Below are positions 38,897 to 49,190 of a stretch of DNA of 64,000 bases, piece by piece; positions within the stretch are counted from its first letter, which is position 1, and the number at the start of each line of letters is the position of its first letter. The stretch spans positions 32,001-96,000 of the forward strand of contig JBFWJS010000006.1 in the NCBI GenBank assembly GCA_050253075.1, read 5' to 3'. Made by a program: the position numbers and the translations under genes. The notes beneath the pieces were generated by a model that worked only from the letters and a program-made list of their open reading frames with translations, did not search any database and had not been told where the DNA came from. Source of the DNA: Deferribacterales bacterium. Its GTDB lineage: Bacteria > Chrysiogenota > Deferribacteres > Deferribacterales > Geovibrionaceae.

Positions 38897-39801
38897 CAGA
38901 TGAGAAAATATCCTTTTTCATATGGCTTTATACGCTCTATGAACTTGTTCGCCAGAGCCAGATCAGGGCATCCGTGACCGCCGAGGTATATGTTCGGCTT
39001 TATTCTGTCACCGTGGAAGTCACTCCCTGCGGTCATCAGCAGACCGTTCTCCGATGCGTATTTTTTAAAGTATTCTATGTCTTCGTCTTTGTGATAAGAG
39101 CTGTAGACCTCTATGCCGTCTATGCCGTCTATCACCAGCTCAGATATGTGCTTGTCCTTATACAGCCCGGGGTGGGCGATAACGAGGACAGACTTATTCT
39201 TGAGCTTGCCTATCGTCTCTTCGTAATCCATAAGGGGGACATCGACATATGCCACGCCCCCTTTGGTAAAATAGTCAAAATAGAAATTTGTATAAGGCGA
39301 ATCGGACTTCGGACCTTCGAGGTAATCGTAAAGAGCCTCTCTGTTTTCGGTATATTTGGAGAGCACCTTGAGAAGTGTAACCCCCGAAGGCATCTTGCCC
39401 CCTGCGGCCTTCATCACTTCGTGATAGTCCACTCTGAAACCGAGGTCCTGGAGCTTTTCCACACGCATCTCAGACTGCATGACCTTATTACGGTTATAAA
39501 CCTCTAATGCAGCGGCCATTGTAGGGCAGCTGTCGTCATAAGCATAGGAGATGACGTGTATCTCTCTGTCGCCCTTATAGAGCGAGAGCTCCACACCGTT
39601 AACGTATAATGTTTTACTGCCGTAACGCCCCTCATACCACTTCATAACATTAGCAGAAGCGAGGGAGTTGTGATCCGTGATGGAAAACATATTTATCCCT
39701 CTGGAACGCATAACAGTCAGTATTTCAAATGGTGTCAGCACACCGTCCGAGCTGTGGTCGGAATGTATGTGCAGATCAAACATATTTACGTTAAAGTCCA
39801 A
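38896..39801 (-). CDS. PHP-domain metal-dependent phosphoesterase (TrpH-like); start either TTG 39801 or ATG 39783
   Basis: DLHIHS..SDG, ITDHN, GVEL, AHP, GSDFHG. Confidence 0.88.
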   Translation of the reverse strand: MDFNVNMFDLHIHSDHSSDGVLTPFEILTVMRSRGINMFSITDHNSLASANVMKWYEGRYGSKTLYVNGVELSLYKGDREIHVISYAYDDSCPTMAAALEVYNRNKVMQSEMRVEKLQDLGFRVDYHEVMKAAGGKMPSGVTLLKVLSKYTENREALYDYLEGPKSDSPYTNFYFDYFTKGGVAYVDVPLMDYEETIGKLKNKSVLVIAHPGLYKDKHISELVIDGIDGIEVYSSYHKDEDIEYFKKYASENGLLMTAGSDFHGDRIKPNIYLGGHGCPDLALANKFIERIKPYEKGYFLI

Positions 39802-39814
39802 ATCCGTCTCCGAT

Positions 39815-40384
39815 TTAGATATTGTATCCGAGGTCAAAAGCCTTCATGTTCAGGTCTATTGTCTTAGGCGGAACCCTGTCACGGATAGCCTGCTCCCAAG
39901 CCTCCTTTTTAAAAGGAACGCTCTTGGCAAGTATGCCGAGGACGATCATTCCCGCTACTTTAGGGTTGCCTATCTCCATAGCTTTGGAGATGGCGTCCGT
40001 CTCATAGACCTTGCTGAATTTAGCTTTAACATCGGCGATCTTCTCTTCCGGATACTCCGCAGTGCCGTCCGCAACAGATGGCGGTGCAATAACCTGTGTG
40101 TTGAGTATCAGAACAGTCTTATCGTTATGATAATTCATATAACGCAGGAATTCCATTCTTTCGAATGAAACAATTATATCTGCGCTCTTTTCAGGTATGG
40201 TCGGTGAAAAGACTTCTTCGCCCACACGTATGTGTGTAACAACGCTTCCGCCCCTCTGAGCCATACCGTGTATCTCACTTTTTTTAACGTCGAATCCGTT
40301 TGCCAGAGCAACATCACAAACGATGTTACTGGAAAGTACAGTCCCCTGTCCGCCGACTCCGACCATAAGTATATCAAGTTTCAT
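39815..40384 (-). CDS. iorB: Indolepyruvate ferredoxin oxidoreductase beta subunit
   Basis: GVGGQG, SEIHGMAQRGGSV. Confidence 0.92.
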   Translation of the reverse strand: MKLDILMVGVGGQGTVLSSNIVCDVALANGFDVKKSEIHGMAQRGGSVVTHIRVGEEVFSPTIPEKSADIIVSFERMEFLRYMNYHNDKTVLILNTQVIAPPSVADGTAEYPEEKIADVKAKFSKVYETDAISKAMEIGNPKVAGMIVLGILAKSVPFKKEAWEQAIRDRVPPKTIDLNMKAFDLGYNI

Positions 40385-42121
40385 CTATTTGCCCCTCTGC
40401 TCTATAGCACCGAATTTACAAACCTTAATACAGAGGTGACATCCTGTACAAAGTGTTTCGTCTATGCTTGCCACTCTCTTCTCTTTATCCCAGAGGATGG
40501 CAGGACATCCGAGCTTTGTGCATATCGTACATCCGCTGCAGTTGTCTTCTTTGATGAAGTATGAAGGCTCTATAACGCTTCTGTCGGCAAATATACATGG
40601 TTTGTTTGTTATGATGACGCTAGGCTCTTTTTTGGATGTCTCCTCTTTCAGGACCTCCATGCAGGCTGTCACGTCGAACGGGTCTACGACACGGATATTC
40701 TCAGGCTTCACACCGATAGACTTGCAGAGTGTCACATAGTCGATCTTTGGTGTAGGTGCGCCGTGAATGTCGCATCCTGTACCTGCGTTCGGCTGGTGAC
40801 CTGTCATACCCGTGATGGTGTTATCGAGGATGATGGTCGTAGAATTTCCTTTGTTATAAACTGTGTTCACAAGACTGTTTATACCTGTGTGAAGGAATGT
40901 CGAGTCGCCGATAACGGCAACTGACTTCTCAGACATGCCCTCTTTCGCTTTATCAAGACCGTGTGCCATACCTATGGATGCACCCATACATACTGTCGTA
41001 TTGATAGCCTTGAGCGGCGGGAGAAGTCCGAGTGTGTAGCAGCCGATGTCTCCTGTTACGAAGAGCTTCAGCCTGTTTATTGCGTAGAACATTCCTCTGT
41101 GGGAACATCCGGGGCACATATTCGGCGGACGGAAAGGCAGGCTTGTATCAACCTCGACCTCGTATTCCTCTCCGCTGAAGAGTGATCTGACAGCGTCAAC
41201 GGAAAGCTCTCCGCAGAGGTCTCTATTGAGAGACTCCAGCTTTATTCCCGCTGCTTTTATCTCAGTTTCGATGAAAGGATCAAGCTCTTCCACTACATAA
41301 AGTTTATCTACCATCTCACTGAACTGTTTGATCTTTTTCATAGGGAGCGGCCACACCATATCGAGCTTCAGAGTGGAAGCCTCAGGCATTGCCTCACGCA
41401 CGTATGTATATGCCACGCCGGCACATATGATACCGACAGATTTATCTCTTACGGTAATTTTGTTATATTTATCGCCTTCTGCGAGCTCAGCGAGCTCTAC
41501 GAGTCTGTTTTCTACGATCTTATGCTTTCTGCGTGCATTAGCAGGTATCATAACCCACTTAGGGATATCGTTCTCAGGCTCGAAAGCAGGAGCTTCTATT
41601 CTGTCCTCCAGCTCTACGACTGTCTGTGTGTGGGATACACGTGTGCAGGAGCGGACGAGTACGGGTGTGCAGTATTCCTCGGATATGGCAAATCCGTCTT
41701 TGGTGAACTGCTTAGCCTCGGCACTGTCGCAAGGCTCGAACATAGGCATTTTGCCGAATCTTGCATAGTGTCTGCTGTCCTGCTCGTTTTGTGAGCTGTA
41801 CATGTTCGGGTCGTCGGCTACGATGGCCACGAGACCCGCATTTACTCCTGTGTAGGAGAGAGTCATAATAGGATCGGCAGCAACGTTAAGACCGACGTGC
41901 TTCATACATGTCATAGCACGCTTTCCGCCGAGGCTCGCACCTATGGCGACCTCCATAGCGACCTTCTCGTTTGTTGCCCACTCGGTATAAAATTCAGGAT
42001 ACTTGGAAGCATTTTCAGTTATTTCGGTACTTGGTGTTCCGGGATATGAACTTACTACACCGACCCCGGCCTCAAATGCGGCTCTGGCAAAAGCCTCATT
42101 GCCGCTCAAAACTTTTTTCAT
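40385..42121 (-). CDS. iorA: Indolepyruvate ferredoxin oxidoreductase alpha subunit
   Basis: YPGTPSTEI, MKHVGLNVA, CPGC.H, GDIGCY, GDSTF, C-terminal 2x[4Fe-4S]. Confidence 0.94.
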   Translation of the reverse strand: MKKVLSGNEAFARAAFEAGVGVVSSYPGTPSTEITENASKYPEFYTEWATNEKVAMEVAIGASLGGKRAMTCMKHVGLNVAADPIMTLSYTGVNAGLVAIVADDPNMYSSQNEQDSRHYARFGKMPMFEPCDSAEAKQFTKDGFAISEEYCTPVLVRSCTRVSHTQTVVELEDRIEAPAFEPENDIPKWVMIPANARRKHKIVENRLVELAELAEGDKYNKITVRDKSVGIICAGVAYTYVREAMPEASTLKLDMVWPLPMKKIKQFSEMVDKLYVVEELDPFIETEIKAAGIKLESLNRDLCGELSVDAVRSLFSGEEYEVEVDTSLPFRPPNMCPGCSHRGMFYAINRLKLFVTGDIGCYTLGLLPPLKAINTTVCMGASIGMAHGLDKAKEGMSEKSVAVIGDSTFLHTGINSLVNTVYNKGNSTTIILDNTITGMTGHQPNAGTGCDIHGAPTPKIDYVTLCKSIGVKPENIRVVDPFDVTACMEVLKEETSKKEPSVIITNKPCIFADRSVIEPSYFIKEDNCSGCTICTKLGCPAILWDKEKRVASIDETLCTGCHLCIKVCKFGAIEQRGK

Positions 42122-42699
42122 TAGCCATTCCACCTTTCTATCTGCTTATAAAGCTCGTTCTCAGGGTACTTTTCTTTAAACTCGGCGATGAGTTTATCCT
42201 TCTCTGCGCCTTCCGCTGCGAGACAGGCTCTGTAGTACCAGAGAGCTGTCATTTTACCTGACTGGATGTACTGTTCGGCATTCACTTCGCCGAGACCTGT
42301 GTCAAATTTGAGTCCTGCTGCGAGCTCTGCATAGTCTCCGCTAACGCTGGCGAGAGGTGCTTTCGCAGCATCGGTATTTTCGCCTACAACGAGTATTTCC
42401 GCTGCTTTAAGGTTTACATAGTCTGCGAGCTTAGGATAGTCCACAGCTATTGTAAGGTAGTTATCAAGGTGCTGTTTTTCTCCGCCTGACATGGTCATAA
42501 GGAGCTCAAGCTGTCCGGCCTTGTTGGCCATTGCACCGCTTCTGGATTTGTTCATAGTATTGAAAGCGTATACGGCGAGGAAAACCACGAGTATCACGGC
42601 GAGTCCGCCGAGCAGTTTTTTAGAGTTTGTTGCCAGAAACTGATCCAGCTTATCTACTGCTTCTTCTTCGATCGGTTGTTGTTTTTTTCTTTTGCTCAC
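42121..42699 (-). CDS. Membrane-anchored helical protein (YfgM-like)
   Basis: Charged N-terminus, single TM, TPR-like helices. Confidence 0.6.
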   Translation of the reverse strand: MSKRKKQQPIEEEAVDKLDQFLATNSKKLLGGLAVILVVFLAVYAFNTMNKSRSGAMANKAGQLELLMTMSGGEKQHLDNYLTIAVDYPKLADYVNLKAAEILVVGENTDAAKAPLASVSGDYAELAAGLKFDTGLGEVNAEQYIQSGKMTALWYYRACLAAEGAEKDKLIAEFKEKYPENELYKQIERWNG

Positions 42700-43365
42700 T
42701 TAAGCCTCCAGAGAATTAATAAATATTTTCTTATTATTTTCAAAAACTTTTGCTATCTGCTCGGCCGAAAGCCCCGCACCTGCGAGTATCTTTTCAGCCA
42801 TAGACGCACTCACCCTGTCGCCGGGTGCGTGGTAGTCATTATTTATCACAAGCTCGCCTCCGAGCTCTAAGACCCTTTTAACAACGTGTCCGTTCGTGAT
42901 GCTGTGCCCTTTGCGGGTGGTAACTTCGAAGAACACGCCTTTCTCGATGCCTTTTTTGATGACATCGTCTGTCACAAGCCCCGGATGGGCAAGGATGTCC
43001 ACGCCTGCCTCAACGGCTGCGAGGTTTGTACCCTCTTCCACGGGTTCGACTATTGTCTCACCGTGGACGACGATTATATCTGCTCCTGCGGCTCTCGCCT
43101 TTTCTGTCAGCGGTGCTATCTGTGACGGGCGCACATGTGTGAGCTCCAGCCCTACGATAACTTTAAAGTCGCTGCTTTCGGCATTGAACTGCTCTTTGAA
43201 CCTGAGCTGATTTTCCAGAATATGCATATAGTTGGACTCGTCCGCATGGTCTGTGAAGGCCATGCCTGCGTATCCGTCTATGCGGGCTCTTCTGGCTGAT
43301 TCAGCAGGGATAAGCACACCGTCGCTGAATGTCGTGTGGGTGTGCAGATCATACATAGTTATCAT
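42700..43365 (-). CDS. PHP-family phosphatase (histidinol-phosphatase-like)
   Basis: DLHTHT.FSDG, TDHAD, VVHGET.VEPV, LAHPG, NDYH. Confidence 0.85.
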   Translation of the reverse strand: MITMYDLHTHTTFSDGVLIPAESARRARIDGYAGMAFTDHADESNYMHILENQLRFKEQFNAESSDFKVIVGLELTHVRPSQIAPLTEKARAAGADIIVVHGETIVEPVEEGTNLAAVEAGVDILAHPGLVTDDVIKKGIEKGVFFEVTTRKGHSITNGHVVKRVLELGGELVINNDYHAPGDRVSASMAEKILAGAGLSAEQIAKVFENNKKIFINSLEA

Positions 43366-44051
43366 TTGATCACCCTTCTGCTTGTTTCAAGGAAACCTTT
43401 TATAATGCCCATGACCTCTCCCGGTGTGTCCACCAGATGGAGATAGTTCATATCAGACTCGTTAATATATCCCTCTTCGAGCATTCTGGCACGTATCCAG
43501 TCTACCATTCCGCCCCAGTACTCTGTACCGACGAGGATAGTAGGGAAAGGCAGTATCTTGCCTGTCTGGATGAGCGTGATAGCTTCGAAAAGCTCGTCCA
43601 TTGTCCCGAAACCGCCGGGCAGGATGACGAATGCGTTTGCGTATTTGACAAGCATCACCTTACGCACAAAGAAATAATCGAATGTGACGGATTTGTTCAC
43701 ATACGGGTTTGGGTGCTGCTCAAAGGGGAGCTGAATATTAAGACCGACGGATGTACCGCCCGCTTCAAATGCGCCTCTGTTGGCTGCTTCCATAATGCCG
43801 GGGCCTCCGCCTGTCATAACGGTGATACCGTCCTCGGCGAGCATTCTGCCTATCTTTCTGGCAAGCTCATAGTTATTATCTGTTTCCTTCACTCTTGCCG
43901 AGCCGAAAACTGTGACGGCAGGGTCTATCTTAGAGAGCTTTTCAAAGCCTTCTACGAATTCTGCCAGTATTTTAAAGATACGCCACGTATCCCCGACCTT
44001 CATATCGTCGATGAGATACTCCATATCATCTCTGTCGAAACAATCTCCCAT
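43362..44051 (-). CDS. LOG-family nucleotide phosphoribohydrolase (TIGR00730-like)
   Basis: VFGSAR, TGGGPGIMEA, RKVML, PGGFGTMDE. Confidence 0.92.
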   Translation of the reverse strand: MGDCFDRDDMEYLIDDMKVGDTWRIFKILAEFVEGFEKLSKIDPAVTVFGSARVKETDNNYELARKIGRMLAEDGITVMTGGGPGIMEAANRGAFEAGGTSVGLNIQLPFEQHPNPYVNKSVTFDYFFVRKVMLVKYANAFVILPGGFGTMDELFEAITLIQTGKILPFPTILVGTEYWGGMVDWIRARMLEEGYINESDMNYLHLVDTPGEVMGIIKGFLETSRRVIK

Positions 44052-44276
44052 GCATACCTCGCATCAGTTAGAATTGATTAAGATACACAAAATACTGCCA
44101 ATTTTCAAGATTCCATTTATCCTTTTATAAAGAATATAATAGTACGTCTGTTAAATCGTTGTATAAGTTCTAATCCTTGTTGACTTTTCTCTGTGAATTT
44201 GATAGTGGTTAGCAAAGAAAATAAATACTTAAAGTGCTAATGACACCTGCGACTGTTTTATGATTTAACTATTTTC

Positions 44277-44305
44277 TTGACAGGATGCCCATAGCACACT
44301 AATTT
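44277..44305 (+). promoter_or_regulatory. Sigma70-type promoter abutting the marR start
   Basis: TTGACA-17 nt-TAATTT, then 6 nt, then ATG. Confidence 0.55.
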
Positions 44306-44311
44306 AGCTAC

Positions 44312-44749
44312 ATGTTAGGATTAGACGACTCATTATTGTTCCTGATCAACAGATCAGCGACACTTACCAGACAACAATTTGAAAGTAAACTCAGACCATT
44401 CGACATCACACCTGCACAATGGGGTGTTCTTATCAGGCTCTCAGAGCAGGATGGACTGAACATGACTGAGCTCGGACAGCTTCTTTACTTCGACAAACCT
44501 ACTACAACAGGCGTTGTGAACAGACTGGTTAAAAAGAAATACGTAAAGAAGGTCAAAAACCGTAAAGACAGAAGGGTTACCCATGTCTTTATCACAGATG
44601 CAGGGAAAGAGGCGCTTAAGCCTATCGAGCCTATCATTGAGGACTACAGAGATAACTTCCTCAAGGGTATCGCTCAGGAAGATTACGACGTCGCAAGAGA
44701 AGTCGTGAAAACCCTGATCAAGAACATTAAGAGCAGCATCAACAGCTAA
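44312..44749 (+). CDS. MarR-family regulator
   Basis: ITPAQWGVL, wHTH, DRR...IT..G wing motif. Confidence 0.92.
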   Translation: MLGLDDSLLFLINRSATLTRQQFESKLRPFDITPAQWGVLIRLSEQDGLNMTELGQLLYFDKPTTTGVVNRLVKKKYVKKVKNRKDRRVTHVFITDAGKEALKPIEPIIEDYRDNFLKGIAQEDYDVAREVVKTLIKNIKSSINS

Positions 44750-44930
44750 AAATATTTTAGCATCTGCTGAATATTGTTAGTGCTCACACGATTTGCCAAT
44801 ATCTTTATATCTAAAATTTAATGTGCAGTCTTAAAGGATTACACATGTTGCTTTTATGTGGTGGTTGTAAGCCTTGCCCTTTCCACCGTTTCTATTGTAT
44901 TTTATAGATAATAGAAAAAGAGAGGTTCCG

Positions 44931-46190
44931 ATGCGTAAATATATACTGGTCGCCATTGCGGCTTTTGCCGCCGCTCCTCAGGCATTTGCCCTGACGATGG
45001 AAGATGCTGTCAAAACAGCACTGGAAAAGAACTATACGATATTAGCCAGTCAGGAGTCCGTAGAGGCTATGCGATACTCTGAAATGGCTGCGAAAACACC
45101 GTATATGCCGCAGGTAGATGCAGATTATAAATATGCAACCAGCACAGAAAAGGCATACGGCACAGAGGACGAGATAGCCACATTTGAGCTTTCCGCCGTT
45201 TATAATCTTTTCAACGGTTTCAGCGACAGGTTCACTGTGAAAGCGGCAAAGAGCGCATACCTCGCAGAGAAGGACAACGCAAATGCCACAAGGCAGGATA
45301 TTGCCCTCTCCGTTAAGAAAGCATATATAAACGTGCTCTCAGCCATAGACAGCGTTACAGTTGCGGAAAACGCCTATACGCTCCTTGAAAACCAGCTTAA
45401 GGATATCACCCTTTCATATAATGTCGGCTATGTGGCAAAGAACGAAGTGCTTAAGGTCGAAGCCGAGCTCGCATCGAGCAAGCAGGGCGTACTCTCCGCT
45501 AAAAGTGCAGTGAGAACAGCCGTATTCAACCTTGAAAACCTGATGAACGAGGCGATAGCATCCGATGAGGTATTCGCCCCTATTCCCGAATATACAGGCG
45601 GAATGGAAGGATATGAAACCCTCAGGGATGAAATGCTCAAAGCCAGAAGTGAGCTGAAATACCTTAAAAAGCTGATCGACGCAAAGAACTATACCATTAA
45701 ATCAACCAAAGGCGGTTACCTGCCGAAGGTGAATGTCGGCGCCTCGTACTACTCCTACGGCGAAGACATGAACCCGTCCGACAGGGAATACACATACGAC
45801 AACGAGACCGTGATGTATCTGAACGTAAACATGAATCTGTTCGACGGATTTTATAAATACAATACATCCAGATCGCTGACATCCGAAAAGCTGTCCATGA
45901 TGAACACCATGAGAGAAACAAGGTCAAACATGGAGCTTCAGCTTAAGAACGCTCTGGAAAACCTCGACCTCGCAAAAGCAAGCCTAGAGGCAGCGGACAA
46001 AGAACTGACATCGGCTCAGGAAAACTACCGCATCACCCAGAACCAGTTCAAACAGAAGGTCGCCACAAACACCGACCTGATGGATGCACGTGTAATGCTC
46101 ACCAGAGCGGAAAACACATATAACACAGCGAAGTTCAACATACACAGAGCCGTGGCAGACATCGAACGGATCGTTGAAAAAGAACTTTAA
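44931..46190 (+). CDS. TolC-family outer membrane protein
   Basis: Signal peptide and two OEP repeats (Y.LF.GF, YLPKVN, NLFDGF). Confidence 0.88.
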   Translation: MRKYILVAIAAFAAAPQAFALTMEDAVKTALEKNYTILASQESVEAMRYSEMAAKTPYMPQVDADYKYATSTEKAYGTEDEIATFELSAVYNLFNGFSDRFTVKAAKSAYLAEKDNANATRQDIALSVKKAYINVLSAIDSVTVAENAYTLLENQLKDITLSYNVGYVAKNEVLKVEAELASSKQGVLSAKSAVRTAVFNLENLMNEAIASDEVFAPIPEYTGGMEGYETLRDEMLKARSELKYLKKLIDAKNYTIKSTKGGYLPKVNVGASYYSYGEDMNPSDREYTYDNETVMYLNVNMNLFDGFYKYNTSRSLTSEKLSMMNTMRETRSNMELQLKNALENLDLAKASLEAADKELTSAQENYRITQNQFKQKVATNTDLMDARVMLTRAENTYNTAKFNIHRAVADIERIVEKEL

Positions 46191-46197
46191 GAAAAGT

Positions 46198-46234
46198 AAA
46201 TCCCCGCTGCCTGAACGGTAACGGGGATTTTTTT
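46198..46234. terminator. Probable bidirectional terminator between tolC and the MCP gene
   Basis: AAATCCCCG...CGGGGATTT followed by a T run; A-rich on the other side. Confidence 0.75.
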
Positions 46235-46235
46235 A

Positions 46236-47915
46236 TTATGATATTTTGAATTTATCCACCAGATTCTTCAGCTCGTCCGCCTGAACCTGCAGGTCTGATA
46301 TTGTCTTAGACACATCATTCACAGCCTCGGAGCTCTGATCCATACCAGCGGATATGGTCTGTGCGCTCTCGTTTATGCTGTGTATGGCGACGGTCTGCTC
46401 ACCTACGGATGTTCCTATCAGGTTGTTCACCGTGGACACCTTATCTACGGACTCTACGATGCTTTCGAAAACTTCCGTTGTCTTTGATATGACAGCCATG
46501 CCGTTTTCAACCTTATCCTTCGCCGCTGCCATGCCTGTGGAGGCCATCTTAGTCTCTTTCTGCAGGTTGCCTATGATGGATGTGATCTCACCTGTGGACT
46601 GCTGTGTCCTCTCTGCCAGCTTGCGCACTTCGTCGGCAACAACGGCAAATCCACGTCCGTGATCCCCTGCTCTGGCGGCCTCTATGGCGGCATTAAGTGC
46701 GAGAAGGTTTGTCTGGTCGGCAATGTCAGTTATGACACCGAGGATGTTCTCTATCTCTCCGGATGATTCGAGCAGTCGCTTAACTATCTCGGCTAGGGAT
46801 TCGATATTATCTTTTATCTCGCCCATCTCTGCCACAGCCTGATTAAGCTGCTTTGTGCCAGCCTGTGTCATGCTGTGCGTTTCTGCCATTGCAGACTGGC
46901 TCTCGCTCACGGAGTTTGACACTTCGCTTGCGGATACGCTCATCTCCTCTGTGGCTGATGCCACTCCTGTGAGCTGTGCCGACTGGTCGCTGAGCGTTGT
47001 CGCTAGCTCTTCCGATGATGCAGCAAGCTGTGCCGACCCGCTGGCAACATTCATAGCGTTCTCTTTCACAGTGGCTATGATGTTATTCATATTAGACATG
47101 AATGCGTTGAAATACCTGCAAAGATCGCCTATCTCATCACTGAAATGAGCATCAAGACGCCTTGTGAGGTCGCCCTCGCCCTCTGCCAGCTCGTTAAGGG
47201 AGCTTGATACGTTCTTGATATTTTTGGATATCCTGTTTGCTACGTAAGTGCTGAGTGCAAGGATAATGCTGAGACCGATAACCGACACAATCACAAAGGC
47301 TGTGATGATACCGATAATCTCATGTCTGGTATTTTCTCTGATGTGGGCTATCTCTCTGTCTATGTCGTCGATGTAAAAGCCGACACCTATAAGTAGCTCA
47401 AAGCCGGGGATTTTCTCTATGCACGCCAGCTTCTTTTCGACAGTCTTGGTGGAAGGCTTATCCCACAGATATGTGAGGAAGCCGCCGCCGTTTTTAGCCA
47501 GCTTCACCATCTCTCGCAGCAGGTAAAGCCCGTTCTTATCCTGTGTGTCCCACAGGCTTTTGCCTATCAGCTTCGGGTTAGGAGGCATTACGACCGCCAC
47601 GGCGTTCATATCGTAAATGAAAAAGTAGCCGTCGGTACCGAATGTCATCTGGTTTATAGTGTGACGCATTATCTCCACGGCACCGGGAGAGTCTGCACCG
47701 CGGCTCGTTATGTCTTTGATAGAGTCCAGACCGAGCTCTATATAGTTCTTTAATTCTGCCTGTTTCAGCGCCATGAGGTTCGCTTCGACCTTCTTAATAC
47801 TGTTGTCGCCCATAGCCTTTACTTTGCTGACGGAGTAAAACGCTAAAAGCACAGTTAAAATAAGTACAGGGACAAAACTGATGAGAAATATTTTGGATTT
47901 TATTGTCAAACGCAT
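46236..47915 (-). CDS. Methyl-accepting chemotaxis protein (sCache_2, HAMP)
   Basis: Two TMs, GYFFIYD...[32 protein letters not shown]. Confidence 0.94.
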   Translation of the reverse strand: MRLTIKSKIFLISFVPVLILTVLLAFYSVSKVKAMGDNSIKKVEANLMALKQAELKNYIELGLDSIKDITSRGADSPGAVEIMRHTINQMTFGTDGYFFIYDMNAVAVVMPPNPKLIGKSLWDTQDKNGLYLLREMVKLAKNGGGFLTYLWDKPSTKTVEKKLACIEKIPGFELLIGVGFYIDDIDREIAHIRENTRHEIIGIITAFVIVSVIGLSIILALSTYVANRISKNIKNVSSSLNELAEGEGDLTRRLDAHFSDEIGDLCRYFNAFMSNMNNIIATVKENAMNVASGSAQLAASSEELATTLSDQSAQLTGVASATEEMSVSASEVSNSVSESQSAMAETHSMTQAGTKQLNQAVAEMGEIKDNIESLAEIVKRLLESSGEIENILGVITDIADQTNLLALNAAIEAARAGDHGRGFAVVADEVRKLAERTQQSTGEITSIIGNLQKETKMASTGMAAAKDKVENGMAVISKTTEVFESIVESVDKVSTVNNLIGTSVGEQTVAIHSINESAQTISAGMDQSSEAVNDVSKTISDLQVQADELKNLVDKFKIS

Positions 47916-48109
47916 TACACACCTCTACTCTATGGTAATGTTCATATTGCCATAAACATAGTATAACGCAATTTGAGTATAATGCTTGTTAACTTCGGAA
48001 TAAATAATCAGAAGTAGACATTAATTTAGTTATTCTTTAACAAATAATTGCAAAATAATGCCTAAGTTAACTAAACAGTAAAAAATCCAACCCGAAAACA
48101 GTTATCTTT

Positions 48110-49180
48110 TTATACACCTTCTCGTTTCAGAATCTGTTTCACTTCTTCGGGATAAATAGCTCTGTTTATTGCTTCTTCTTTAGATATGAGTCCGCTTTTG
48201 AAAGCCTCTATGAGAGACTGGCTCATGGTCTGCATGCCGTGTTCGCCCTGTCCTGTCTGCATAGATCCGTAAACCTGATGCAGTTTGTCTTCTCTTATAA
48301 GGTTTCTTATGGCGGATGTAGGTATCAGCACCTCACACACCATCACACGGCCCTTGCCGTCTTTGGTCTGTACAAGCTGCTGAGAGATGACCCCTTCGAG
48401 TACAAATGAGAGCTGTGCCCTTATCTGCGGCTGCTGATGGGGAGGGAAAACGTCTATGATCCGGTTTATGGTCTGTACGGCGCTGTTTGTGTGCAGGGTA
48501 CCCATACACAGGTGTCCTGTTTCTGCAACGGTCAGAGCCGCTTCTATGGTCTCTATATCACGCATTTCGCCTATGAGGCATACGTCAGGGTCCTGTCTTA
48601 AAAGGTATTTAAGGGCAGTTTTGAAAGACTTTGTATCTGCATTCAGCTCACGCTGGTTAACAGTCGCCATCTTGTGCTGATGCACGAATTCTATAGGGTC
48701 TTCTATGGTAACGATGTGTACGGGTTCTTCGGAGTTTATCTTGTCTATCATAGCGGCGAGAGTGCTCGACTTACCGCTTCCCGTAGGGCCGGTCACAAGC
48801 ACGAGGCCGCGTGGCTTTTTACAAAGCTCCTGTACCACAGGCGGTACGTTCAGCTTGTCGAAACCGCGTATTTCGTAAGGAATGATACGGAAAGCAGCAG
48901 CAACCGCTCCCCTCTGCATAAAGACATTCACTCTGAAACGGCTGACATTTTTTATGCCGAAAGAGAGATCAAGCTCCCAGTCCTCTTCAAAGCGTTTCTT
49001 CTGTGCTTCGTTCAGTATGCTGTAGACTATGGCACGGGTGTCCGTACCTGTCATGGGCTCGCCCTCCATGCGGACGAGGTCGCCGTTTATCCTGAACACA
49101 GGCGCTGTGCCAGCTGTTATATGAAGGTCGCTTGCGCCTTTTTCAACCATACCTGCAAGCAGTTCCTGTAAACTATACAT
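48110..49180 (-). CDS. pilT: Type IV pilus retraction ATPase
   Basis: GPTGSGKS, TIEDPIE, LRQDPD, GEMRD, AIRNLIRE. Confidence 0.95.
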   Translation of the reverse strand: MYSLQELLAGMVEKGASDLHITAGTAPVFRINGDLVRMEGEPMTGTDTRAIVYSILNEAQKKRFEEDWELDLSFGIKNVSRFRVNVFMQRGAVAAAFRIIPYEIRGFDKLNVPPVVQELCKKPRGLVLVTGPTGSGKSSTLAAMIDKINSEEPVHIVTIEDPIEFVHQHKMATVNQRELNADTKSFKTALKYLLRQDPDVCLIGEMRDIETIEAALTVAETGHLCMGTLHTNSAVQTINRIIDVFPPHQQPQIRAQLSFVLEGVISQQLVQTKDGKGRVMVCEVLIPTSAIRNLIREDKLHQVYGSMQTGQGEHGMQTMSQSLIEAFKSGLISKEEAINRAIYPEEVKQILKREGV

Positions 49181-49190
49181 ACCAGACTCC

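Noticed and set aside
47916..48109. AT-rich gaps (also 16945-17201 and 44052-44270) as ncRNA, oriC or sigma54/sigma28 promoters
   Set aside because: No convincing DnaA-box cluster, GG-N10-GC or TAAA-N15-GCCGATAA match, or stable structure; they are probably ordinary promoter regions.
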